In this document: positions 36,783 through 45,163 of the stretch, piece after piece
Layout of the letters: each line of letters starts with the position of its first letter
Numbering within the stretch: position 1 is the stretch's first letter
Source: Synechococcus sp.
GTDB lineage: Bacteria; Cyanobacteriota; Cyanobacteriia; Thermostichales; PCC-7336
DNA length: 45,163 nt
Assembly (NCBI GenBank): GCA_051439605.1
Contig: JBFRWN010000112.1
Coordinates: forward strand, 1-45,163
Direction: 5' to 3'
The notes under the pieces: generated by a model
What the model was told of the DNA's origin: nothing
Database searches by the model: none
Seen by the model: only the letters and a program-made list of their open reading frames with translations
Program-made: the position numbers and the translations under genes

Positions 36783-38770
36783 GTATGGAAAAAGTGGGTT
36801 CGAGATCGGGGTTGAACGGTCATCAGACAGCGACTGGGCTTCTCAATGCAATCGCCGTCAAAGGACTCTCCAAACGTTATGGCCAGTTCGTCGCCGTGGC
36901 AGGACTCGACTTCGCGGTTCGGCCAGGGGAAATCTTCGGTCTGATCGGTCCTGACGGGGCGGGCAAGACGACAACCTTTCAGATTTTGGCCGGGGTGATG
37001 GAAGCCACGGCGGGGGAGGTGAGGGTTCTGGGACGAGTGCCGAGGGAGGCGCGACTGGACATCGGCTATATGACACAGCAGTTTTCTCTCTATATAGACC
37101 TCAGCGTGGACGAAAACCTGCGGTACGTGGCAGGACTGCGGCAAGTAGCTGCCGATGCCTTTGCGGAACGCCGCCGCAAGTACTTGCAGCTCGTGGGACT
37201 GGAGCCATTTAGTGATCGCCTCGCCGGGAATCTGTCCGGCGGTATGCGGCAGAAACTCGCTCTCTGCTGTGCCTCGATCTCGCAACCGCAGGTGTTGTTG
37301 CTGGACGAACCGACGACAGGCGTTGACCCCGTCTCCCGGCGGGAGTTTTGGGACATGTTGGGGGCCCTCGCCTCGGAAGGCATGACGATTGTTGTGGCAA
37401 CTCCCTATCTGGATGAAGCCGAGCGCTGCCATCGCATTGCCCTGATGTATGGCGGGCAGATTCAGCAGCTAGGAACGCTGCCAGAGTTGCGATCGCGTCT
37501 TGGGTTGGAACGGCTAGAGGTCCGAGCCTCCGACATTGCAGCAGCAGAACTGGTGTTGAGAACCGCCCCTCCGTCCAAACTTCAGCCAGGGGCGCGTTCT
37601 GCAGTGGCTTTGGCCGACATTCAGTCGTTTGGCGATCGCCTCGACATCTTGGTTGAAGACGCTGCTGTTGCACAACCGCACATCCACGCGCTGCTGAGGC
37701 GACATGGGCTCAAACCGCAGTCCATCCAAACGGTACCCCCAACCCTCGAAAACGTTTTCGTCAGTCACTTGCGCCAGCAAAGGTCGGAACCTCCGTACAT
37801 TCCCTTCGATCGCCAAAAGCCAGGAGGCAATCGGCAGTCCGATGCGATCGCCATTGGCGCGCAAAAACTGTACAAGACCTTCGGCAGCTTCCCCGCAGTG
37901 AAAGGGATCGATCTGGACATTCGCTACGGTGAGATTTATGGCTTGCTAGGAGCGAACGGTGCAGGCAAAACGACCACGATTAAAATGCTGTGCGGGCTTC
38001 TCGTGCCCACCAGCGGCGATATCTGCCTGGCTGGCGAACGAGGGGACTTGCGCCGCCAAGCCGTGCGGCAGCGGATTGGCTACATGAGCCAGAAATTTAC
38101 CCTCTACGACGATTTGACAATTGGCGAAAATCTGGAGTTTTACAGCGGCGTTTACGGCATTCCAAGACGGTTTCGCAAGGACCGGATTGCATGGGTTTTA
38201 GAAACCTGCGGGCTGGTCGGTCGCGAGCATTTGCTAACGGGTCGGTTGCCGGGGGGGTGGAAGCAACGGGTGGCGTTTGGCGCTGCGGTGATGCACGAGC
38301 CGGACATTCTGTTCCTGGACGAGCCTACTTCTGGCGTAGACCCGCTAGCGCGTCGCCAGTTCTGGCGGTCGATCGAGGACTTTGCCCGTCAGGGAACGGC
38401 GGTGCTGGTGACCACCCACTACCTAGAGGAAGCGGAGCACTGCCAGCGGATTGGGCTGATGGTGGCTGGAGCCATCGTAGCTGCGGGTTCGCCCAGCGAG
38501 ATTAAGGGATCGCAGCCAGGACAGATGCTGGAGGTGGTTGTCGATCGCCCGCTCAAGGCTTCGACAGTCCTGAAGTCGTGGATGGCCCCCTGGCAAGTCT
38601 CGATTTTCGGCGATCGCCTCCATCTCGTTCTCGACAATCCGGAACGAGACCTGCCACCTCTGCAAGCGGCTCTCCGGTCAGCGCAATTGGACCTGCATTC
38701 GGTGCGATCGATTCCGTTCTCGCTCGAAGACGCTTTTATTGGCATCGTGCAGCGGACTGAGGTTGGGTAG
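36779..38770 (+). CDS. Double-domain ABC transporter ATPase (YbhF-like)
   Basis: Two Walker A motifs (GPDGAGKTT, GANGAGKTT), signatures LSGGM and LPGGW, Walker B LLLDEPT and LFLDEPT. Confidence 0.95.
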   Translation: MSMEKVGSRSGLNGHQTATGLLNAIAVKGLSKRYGQFVAVAGLDFAVRPGEIFGLIGPDGAGKTTTFQILAGVMEATAGEVRVLGRVPREARLDIGYMTQQFSLYIDLSVDENLRYVAGLRQVAADAFAERRRKYLQLVGLEPFSDRLAGNLSGGMRQKLALCCASISQPQVLLLDEPTTGVDPVSRREFWDMLGALASEGMTIVVATPYLDEAERCHRIALMYGGQIQQLGTLPELRSRLGLERLEVRASDIAAAELVLRTAPPSKLQPGARSAVALADIQSFGDRLDILVEDAAVAQPHIHALLRRHGLKPQSIQTVPPTLENVFVSHLRQQRSEPPYIPFDRQKPGGNRQSDAIAIGAQKLYKTFGSFPAVKGIDLDIRYGEIYGLLGANGAGKTTTIKMLCGLLVPTSGDICLAGERGDLRRQAVRQRIGYMSQKFTLYDDLTIGENLEFYSGVYGIPRRFRKDRIAWVLETCGLVGREHLLTGRLPGGWKQRVAFGAAVMHEPDILFLDEPTSGVDPLARRQFWRSIEDFARQGTAVLVTTHYLEEAEHCQRIGLMVAGAIVAAGSPSEIKGSQPGQMLEVVVDRPLKASTVLKSWMAPWQVSIFGDRLHLVLDNPERDLPPLQAALRSAQLDLHSVRSIPFSLEDAFIGIVQRTEVG

Positions 38771-39883
38771 ATGGTCGGTCGTCGCATTTGGACTCAGTGT
38801 GTTAAGGAGCTGAAGCAATTTCAGCGCGATCGCCTTACCCTCGCTCTGGCGTTTGTGCTGCCGTTAGCCATGCTGCTAATCTTCGGCTACGCTATCCGCC
38901 TGGAAGCGAAAAACATTCCGCTGGCGATCCAAGATTTCGATCGCAGTCCCCTCAGCCGCGCCTACATCGAGCGTCTCTTTGCCACTAATCAGTTTCAGCC
39001 GGCGGCCTGGCCTAGCGAGGGGAGTCCGATTGAGCCGATCGATCGAGGGGTGGCTAAAGCAATAGTTGTGATTCCCCCCGAATTTTCCCGCCGGATTGCG
39101 TCGGAGCGATCCCTCCCCCTCCAGGTGCTGGTGGATGGGACAGATGTAAACAACGCTCGCGTGATTCGCGAAAGTGTGCGAGCGACGACAAATTTCTTTT
39201 TGCGCGATCGCGGCCTGCAATCCGAACCCCAACGCATCGTCCCTCGCACTCGCCTCTGGTTCAATCCCGGTCGCAAAGAATCTCTGTACATTGCGCCAGG
39301 AGTTTATGCCGTAATTTTAGCCATCTTTCCGTCCCTACTGGCTGCTGTAGCCATGGTGCGAGAGCAGGAAAAGGGAACGATTGTGCAGGTTTACGCCTCC
39401 AGTTTGACTGCAGCAGAATTACTGCTGGGGAAGGGATTGGCTTACTTCTTGATTGCCGTAGGAGAAACGGCGATCGTGATGGGTAGTGGCTCGCTGCTAT
39501 TTCGGCTGCGATTGGCGGGAGATCCCACGCCCCTATTGCTGGGCACCCCTCTGTTTTTATCTGCGGGGGTTGCCTACGGTCTCTTTATCGGCGTTCGCGC
39601 CCGAAACCAAGATGCTGCGGTTCAGATCGTTGCCCTGACGGGATTTCTGACTTCGCTCCTGCTGTCGGGCTTTATCTATCCCCTCAGCAACATTCCCTTT
39701 CCCCTCTCTGCCATCTCCAATATCGTTCCAGCCCGCTACTTTATTGTTTTGACTCGGGATGCTTTCATACGGGGAACGGGCTGGCTGGGCGTTTGGTTTG
39801 CCCCCATCATGCTGGCAGTTTTGGCGGGTACGTTTTTTGCAGCGGGCTGGCGCGTTTTGCGGCGCATGCAGCTAAGGGAGTAA
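38771..39883 (+). CDS. ABC-2 type permease (YbhS-like)
   Basis: KELKQFQRDR, LWFNPG, VREQEKGT and multiple TM helices. Confidence 0.92.
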   Translation: MVGRRIWTQCVKELKQFQRDRLTLALAFVLPLAMLLIFGYAIRLEAKNIPLAIQDFDRSPLSRAYIERLFATNQFQPAAWPSEGSPIEPIDRGVAKAIVVIPPEFSRRIASERSLPLQVLVDGTDVNNARVIRESVRATTNFFLRDRGLQSEPQRIVPRTRLWFNPGRKESLYIAPGVYAVILAIFPSLLAAVAMVREQEKGTIVQVYASSLTAAELLLGKGLAYFLIAVGETAIVMGSGSLLFRLRLAGDPTPLLLGTPLFLSAGVAYGLFIGVRARNQDAAVQIVALTGFLTSLLLSGFIYPLSNIPFPLSAISNIVPARYFIVLTRDAFIRGTGWLGVWFAPIMLAVLAGTFFAAGWRVLRRMQLRE

Positions 39884-39886
39884 GTC

Positions 39887-41017
39887 ATGCTGAACGTTCT
39901 GGCAAATCTGTTTGAAAGTCGGTTTTGGGCTTTGGCTCAAAAAGAGTTGGGTCAAATTTTCAAGAACCGGCAACTGCTCCTACTGCTGATTGTGCCGCCT
40001 ACCATTCAGCTGTTGATCTACGGGTTTGCCCTCAATCCTGAGGTTCAGAACCTCCGGCTGGGGATTGTTGATTATGACAATACCGCCGCCAGTCGAGAGC
40101 TAGTGTCGAGCTTCACGGAAAATCGCGTGTTTCTGGCCAAGCGCTATAGCGGCAGTCAGCAGGAAGTTGGCAATCTGGTGCGGACCGGACAGATCGACGT
40201 GGGTCTGGCGATTCCACCGGACTTCAATCGCGATCTGATTGGGGGCAAGACGGCGGAAGTGCAGGTCTTAATTGATGGTGTCGATGCCAACACAGCTGGA
40301 ATTGCCAATGGATATGTGGCGCAGATTGTCGAGCAGTACAGTCGTCAGCTGGATGGCATTCGCGCCCCCCCTTTAGTCGAACCGCAGGTGACATTTCTCT
40401 ACAACCCCGGATTGAGGAGCAGTTGGTTTTTTGTGCCGGGGATGATTGGCGTTGTAGTGACGCTGATTAGTTCGTTGGTGTCTGCCTCCGCCGTGATTCG
40501 CGAGAAGGATACGGGCACGCTGGAACAGCTATTGATGACCCCAGCTTCGGCAGTTGAGATTATCTCGGCTAAAATCGTGCCGCTTTTCGTGCTGTTGATG
40601 GGGGATGTGGGGTTGGCGGTGGGTGTGGGGCGGTGGGTGTTCGACGTGCCCTTTCGCGGCCACCTGTTTCTATTTATGGCACTCTCGAGCCTCTATCTGT
40701 TTGTCGGCATCGGGATTGGCACAATGTTGGCGACGTTGGCTCAAAATCAACAGCAGGTGATGCTGAGTTCGTTTTTCATCAACGTGCCTCTGATTCAGCT
40801 GTCGGGGGCGGTTGCGCCGGTTGAAAGTATGCCTGCTTTTTTTCGCTATTTGTCGCAGTGGTTGAATCCCTTGCTGCATTACGTGGTGATTCTGCGCGGC
40901 ATCATGTTGAAGGGGGTAGGAATAGACGTGCTTTGGCCCCACGCGCTGTTTATGGCTGTGTTTGCTATCATTCTTCTCTCCATTAGTATTAGTCGGTTGA
41001 ACGATCGGCTCGGCTGA
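39887..41017 (+). CDS. ABC-2 type permease (YbhR-like)
   Basis: FLYNPGLRSSWFFVPG, IREKDTGTLEQLLMTP and multiple TM helices. Confidence 0.92.
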   Translation: MLNVLANLFESRFWALAQKELGQIFKNRQLLLLLIVPPTIQLLIYGFALNPEVQNLRLGIVDYDNTAASRELVSSFTENRVFLAKRYSGSQQEVGNLVRTGQIDVGLAIPPDFNRDLIGGKTAEVQVLIDGVDANTAGIANGYVAQIVEQYSRQLDGIRAPPLVEPQVTFLYNPGLRSSWFFVPGMIGVVVTLISSLVSASAVIREKDTGTLEQLLMTPASAVEIISAKIVPLFVLLMGDVGLAVGVGRWVFDVPFRGHLFLFMALSSLYLFVGIGIGTMLATLAQNQQQVMLSSFFINVPLIQLSGAVAPVESMPAFFRYLSQWLNPLLHYVVILRGIMLKGVGIDVLWPHALFMAVFAIILLSISISRLNDRLG

Positions 41018-41125
41018 GGTTTTAGGATGTGAGGGAGGGCGATCGCAATTTTAGGGCTGGTTCAATCTGGAGTTACGGTTCGAGAGGCGTTTCCATAGAA
41101 AATCAGCAATCTTTCCGTGTGATTT

Positions 41126-41204
41126 GCGATCGCTCACTACAGCCATCACATGGTGGTTGACATTATCCTGTTTTGTTACACCAAATTGCCCAGGTTTGAA
41201 CCAT
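41126..41204 (+). repeat. Degenerate copy of the IS right end found at 43759-43838
   Basis: Hand alignment gives about 60/80 identities, including ACAGCCATCA, AAATTGCC and terminal TTTGAACCAT. Confidence 0.7.
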
Positions 41205-41211
41205 GACCCAT

Positions 41212-42963
41212 TTAAGCAACAAAGTCCTGCAGGGCTAGGTCAGTTGACAGCTGAGCCACCCACGGATCGTACGATCCAGCATTGCCGGAACCTAAAGAGC
41301 CATCTGTAAATCCAGCGACAAAAATACTGTCTGGCCCAATGGCAATACCTTGCGATCGGTCGTCTCCTGCCGAGCCAAACTGAACCGTATTGAGAATGTT
41401 GCCATCACTATCCAGTTGGGCTATCCAGGCATCGTCCTCCCCGGCTGACGAGCCGTCGGCTAATGTACCGCTGGTATAGCCAGTCACCAGTATGTTGTCG
41501 TCTTCATTTACCTCGATGCCAAACGGCGTGTCGGTGCCCGTACTGCCAAACTGTTGGACCCAGAGCTGGTCGCCGTCGGGCTCGTACTTGGCTACCCAGG
41601 CATCGTATTCGCCAGCATTACTACCGCCCAAGTCGCCTAATGTGAATCCTGTTGCGTAAACGTTGCCCTCACTATCAGTAGCCGTACCGTAGGCAAAGTC
41701 GTAGTCCCCAGTGCCGAGCTGCTCAATCCACAGCTGATTTCCGTCACTGTCGAATTTTGCTATCCAGGCATCGTACAGACCAGCGTTGGTGCCCCCCAAA
41801 TCGCCAATCGTCCATCCTGTAGCGATGACGTTGTTATCTAGGTCTGTAGCAGTACCGAAGAGTTCGTCAAATGTGTCAGTGCCAAACTGTTGGGTCCAGA
41901 TTTGGTTGCCACTATTATCGAACTTGACAAGAAATGGGTCGGTTTCACCTTCATTTGTACCGCCCAAGCTACCTTGCGTATAGCCACCTAAGACAACGTT
42001 ATCGGCACTGTCTATCGATAAGCTGCCTTCGAATGTGTTGTCGAGGCTTTCTGTTCCAATTTGATCGATAAACATTTGATTGCCATCGCTATCAAATTTT
42101 GCAATCCAGGCATCATTTCCTCCTTCATTTTCGCCGCCTAAATCACCACTGGTGACTCCAGAAACAAAAACTTCCCCATTACTATCAATTGCCACACTAA
42201 AATTAGTTTCTGACTCGGGAGTACCGAATTGTTGGATAAAATTTAAACTTCCACTGCTGTTGTATTGAGCAATCCAAGCATCATTACCTCCTTCATTCTC
42301 GCTGCCCAGCTCTCCAGATGTTCCACCTACAATCGTGACATTACCTTCGCTGTCAGCAGCCACGTCAAAGGCAAAATCGGCTCCGGGCGAACCTATCTGC
42401 TGAACCAATGCCACTTCTGCTTCTGAAGGAGGCGGTTCGCTAACGTATTCGAAATAGTCTGCTGTGAGGCTGAGATCTGAGTCACCTGCAATAACGGAAA
42501 TAAGATCGTTTCCTTCGTTTCTAAATAAGACGGAAAATGATGCCCCTAAGAATGGAATATTGATTTCTCTGAGTCTGTAGTCATCAGAGCTACCATTCAG
42601 CCGAATTATGTCTGCATCACTATTGAAATCTGCAACAATAGCAAAATCTAGCAGGCTCGCTTCTGCATAGTAGGGATTCAGGCCATCACCCAAAACAAAT
42701 AAATCTGCATCGGGAGCAACCGTAGTTCCCAAGCCATCAAAAGCTTCGATTGGTTCAGCCGGACCACCAATTAATACATCAATTTGGAGATCGCCAGCAT
42801 TATTACCAATCTCACCAGGATCGACGCCTAACAACACGTCGTCGCCAGTTCGCCCCAGAATAATATCGTTGCCTGCAGATTGGAAAATAATGTCGTTGCC
42901 AGGTGTTCGCGCAGTGAGGTTGAAAAAACTAAGAATGATAGAAATTAGCTCTTCAGGAAACAT
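41212..42963 (-). CDS. CylK/BrtB-like protein: N-terminal RTX-like Ca2+ domain plus 7-bladed SBBP beta-propeller (putative alkyl-halide alkylating enzyme)
   Basis: IILGRTGDDVLLGVDPG, DLFVLGDGLNPYY, DLSLTADYFEY, seven Q(F/I/L)G(S/T) blade repeats including GTGDYDFAY, C-terminal NAGSYDPW...QDF. ATG 42963 has a GAGGAG RBS. Confidence 0.8.
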   Translation of the reverse strand: MFPEELISIILSFFNLTARTPGNDIIFQSAGNDIILGRTGDDVLLGVDPGEIGNNAGDLQIDVLIGGPAEPIEAFDGLGTTVAPDADLFVLGDGLNPYYAEASLLDFAIVADFNSDADIIRLNGSSDDYRLREINIPFLGASFSVLFRNEGNDLISVIAGDSDLSLTADYFEYVSEPPPSEAEVALVQQIGSPGADFAFDVAADSEGNVTIVGGTSGELGSENEGGNDAWIAQYNSSGSLNFIQQFGTPESETNFSVAIDSNGEVFVSGVTSGDLGGENEGGNDAWIAKFDSDGNQMFIDQIGTESLDNTFEGSLSIDSADNVVLGGYTQGSLGGTNEGETDPFLVKFDNSGNQIWTQQFGTDTFDELFGTATDLDNNVIATGWTIGDLGGTNAGLYDAWIAKFDSDGNQLWIEQLGTGDYDFAYGTATDSEGNVYATGFTLGDLGGSNAGEYDAWVAKYEPDGDQLWVQQFGSTGTDTPFGIEVNEDDNILVTGYTSGTLADGSSAGEDDAWIAQLDSDGNILNTVQFGSAGDDRSQGIAIGPDSIFVAGFTDGSLGSGNAGSYDPWVAQLSTDLALQDFVA

Positions 42964-43300
42964 AAAACTCCTCAAACTCCTCAGAAACGGTGTTGGCTAG
43001 TCTTATTTACTATTCAACTTTTTTGCATTGAGCTAGGCTGTGTAACTTCAACCACAGATAAGAAGCCAGACAAAATCAATCACACCAAATGAGTGCTGAA
43101 AGCCTGTCCTCGTCATAAGCTAGCAATCAAATATTTCTCTATGCACGCCTGATTGTACATCAAATAAAAGTAGTGTAAGTGATTTCTCGTAGACATTCTA
43201 GAAACCTGTGGATTTTCTGAATCAGTCTAAGGTATCCCACAGAACATTTTGGTATTTTTTATACGTATTGTAGATTTAATATTGTAGATTTGATGCAGTC

Positions 43301-43447
43301 AGATACTCCCGGCAAAGCCGGTGGCTTGATAAGTGTTACCGCCTCAAAGGCGGATGTCCTTGCCGGGAGTCTCTGGAGCAATCCCTAGAACTGACCACTC
43401 CTATCTGAGATATCTTGCTCTCGGATATACCGTTTCATAGCCTCTAG
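43301..43447 (-). mobile_element. tnpA: IS200/IS605-family remnant: 3' end of tnpA plus terminal hairpins
   Basis: Minus-strand LEAMKRYIREQDISDRSGQF* (43385-43447) carries the Y-x-x-x-Q motif. Nested hairpins follow: ACTCCCGGCAA...TTGCCGGGAGT, AAGCCGGTGGCTT and CCGCCTCAAAGGCGG. Confidence 0.75.
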
Positions 43448-43449
43448 CT

Positions 43450-43840
43450 TTCTTCCAGTCCTCGAAGCGGTAACGGAGGCGATGGCACAGACGCCAAGGG
43501 CCAGCTCGTTGGTGGAAAACCTGAACTCTCGTCTGCGGAATTATTTCTTCCTGCGTCGACAGTTGGGAGCTCCATACCTCGAGCTGCTGAGGTTCTTCCT
43601 TAACCATCGGACATTTATGCGCAGTCAGTGTCCTGAGCGGGTGGGCAAAAGTCCAGCGGAATTGATGGCGGGGCAACCGCATCCTCATTGGTTAGAGCTG
43701 TTAGGATTTGAACGCTTTCGACGCAATCCGGCCTAAAATCACACCCTGACGCCAGCTTGCGATCACTTCCCACAGCCATCATCAGGGTGGCTCAATTTCG
43801 CCTATTTTGTAACCCTAAATTGCCGCTTTTTGAACCATCC
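43450..43840 (+). mobile_element. 3' fragment and right end of an unclassified cyanobacterial transposase element
   Basis: RASSLVENLNSRLR...FFLNH...GKSPAELMAG...HWLELLGF is a DDE-transposase-like C-terminus (stop 43736); no N-terminal part is present. Confidence 0.7.
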
Positions 43841-44071
43841 CGATTTTTAAGTTTTCAGAATGCATGCACAGAAAAGGTTTGAGCAATCTAACTAATCGTC
43901 TCCTAAGCGCTAGGTCGTGGGTTAGAATCCCGCCAACTCCGCTTCGACAATCACGCTAAAATCATTGCCATACTTGACTTCTGGCTGCTGTAACATCCAA
44001 AAGCAGCTGACTGCTTCTATCTCACCAATCCTACTGAATATACTTAAGACTCAATCTCCATACGGCATCGG

Positions 44072-44446
44072 ATGGTCGCTAAACCCCTTCGTTGGACTAC
44101 CCGAGACCTTGCTGCCATGCGTGACGATGGCCGCTGGAAGCGCTACGAAATTGTGGATGGTGAATTATTTGTAACCCAGGCCCCACACATTCGCCACCAG
44201 AGCGTCGCTGGTAAGTTGCAGGTTCGTTTAGAACTTTGGTCCGAAAAGGCCGGGCTGGGGAATGCATTCCAAACTCCGGGAATTGTTTTGTCTCCCACTG
44301 ACGCAGTCATTCCCGATGTCATTTGGATTAGCCAAGAACGTCTCTCCAGTAGCGTTGACGATGTAGGGCACCTCACTGTTGCCCCCGAGTTGGTTGTCGA
44401 CGTTATCTCCCCTGGCGAACTCAACGAACAGGGAGATAAAGAGGTC
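44072..44446 (+). pseudogene. Uma2 (DUF820) endonuclease-fold gene interrupted by an IS1-family element
   Basis: RYEIVDGELFV, PHIRHQ, PDVIW and APELVVDVISPG; similarity ends at NEQGDKEV, where the IS end begins. Confidence 0.85.
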
Positions 44447-45163
44447 GGTCGTGCTTCAGAGAAACGTGGGATAGGCAACCATATCCTGCCAAGACCAAGA
44501 GCAAGAGGCTATTCCAGCTCGTTGAGCTGCCGTATCCTTCGTTCGACTATGACGCCAAATCCAATTGAAATAACCGACGACCAATCGAGTCGTGACTTTG
44601 GTCTGCTCCCATAGCTTTCCAAATTTGTTTTGTCGTCGATGCCATCGGGCTGTCTGCTGGCGAATGATGCCGTTGGTGCGTTCTAATCGCTGAGTATTTT
44701 GCTTCCCAATGATATGAATCATCTCGGGAGGCAAAACACGCTCATACCCTCCCCAGTCATCCGTATACCAAAGCTTGCAGGCCGTTTTCCCTTCCGTATT
44801 CGCCACCAATTCAGTGAGAAATTCATCAGTATGCTTGCCAACTCGGGTAGTGACGATCAATCCACTCTCCTTGGCTAAACTGACACCAATCCAGCAGTCC
44901 CCGACTTCTAATTCTTCAGGCAAGCAATGTTTCTGCTTTTTTTCACGAATGACCACATCTCGTCAGCCACGAGCTCCTCACTCTCAACCTTTTTCACTTC
45001 TTGGTTGTGGACCTGTTGAGCTTTCTGACTGGCTGCCCGCACAATGCTGACCACAGTTCCATAGGCTCGTTGACCAATCCGACTGACGCCCCTCAAACTA
45101 CTGCCTTCCGCATGCGCTTGCAGGATCGTTTCCACCTGCTCGGGGGTGACTTGACGCCGGTAA
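44447..45163 (-). mobile_element. IS1-family element (runs off the window) with a two-ORF transposase joined by programmed -1 frameshift
   Basis: ORF A ...GSSLRGVSR...ADEMWSFVKK; A7G slippery site at 44937-44943; ORF B YTDDWGGY, TQRLERTNG, RWHRRQNKF (stop 44456); end sequence GGTCGTGC at 44447. Confidence 0.9.

Noticed and set aside
41212..42400. Regularly spaced DNA repeats that could suggest a CRISPR-like array
   Set aside because: They are degenerate, in-frame codon repeats of beta-propeller blades. No CRISPR array, cas gene, tRNA or rRNA was seen in the window.
43232..43264. NtcA boxes upstream of the cylK-like gene
   Set aside because: Only imperfect matches (GTA-N8-AAC and GTA-N7-TAC) in AT-rich DNA.
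44072..44614. Intact 180-aa Uma2 protein as given in the ORF track
   Set aside because: Residues after about 125 are read-through into the antisense strand of the IS1 element.

Overview
Cyanobacterial DNA (many HIP1 GCGATCGC octamers), probably plasmid or mobile-island derived. About 40 kb (3215-42963) forms one natural-product gene cluster between a truncated MobF/TrwC relaxase and a pile of IS remnants. The cluster encodes an Sfp-type PPTase, a fatty acyl-AMP ligase, a free ACP, two JamB-like membrane desaturases, a CylC-type dimetal-carboxylate halogenase and three type I PKS modules (KS-AT-KR-ACP; KS-AT-DH-ER-KR-ACP; KS-AT-ACP-TE). It also encodes a type III PKS, an SrsB-like methyltransferase, a flavin monooxygenase, a TauE-family transporter, a sulfotransferase, a YbhGFSR-like ABC exporter, an RTX protein and a CylK/BrtB-like RTX/beta-propeller protein. 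The logic resembles the cylindrocyclophane/bartoloside cryptic halogenation-then-alkylation pathways. It differs in lacking the beta-branching cassette and in adding desaturase, O-methylation, oxygenation and sulfation genes, a combination I do not recognise from a characterised pathway. A canonical NtcA-type promoter sits upstream of the ligase. Family assignments come from motifs read by eye and reference sequences recalled from memory; no database search was run.
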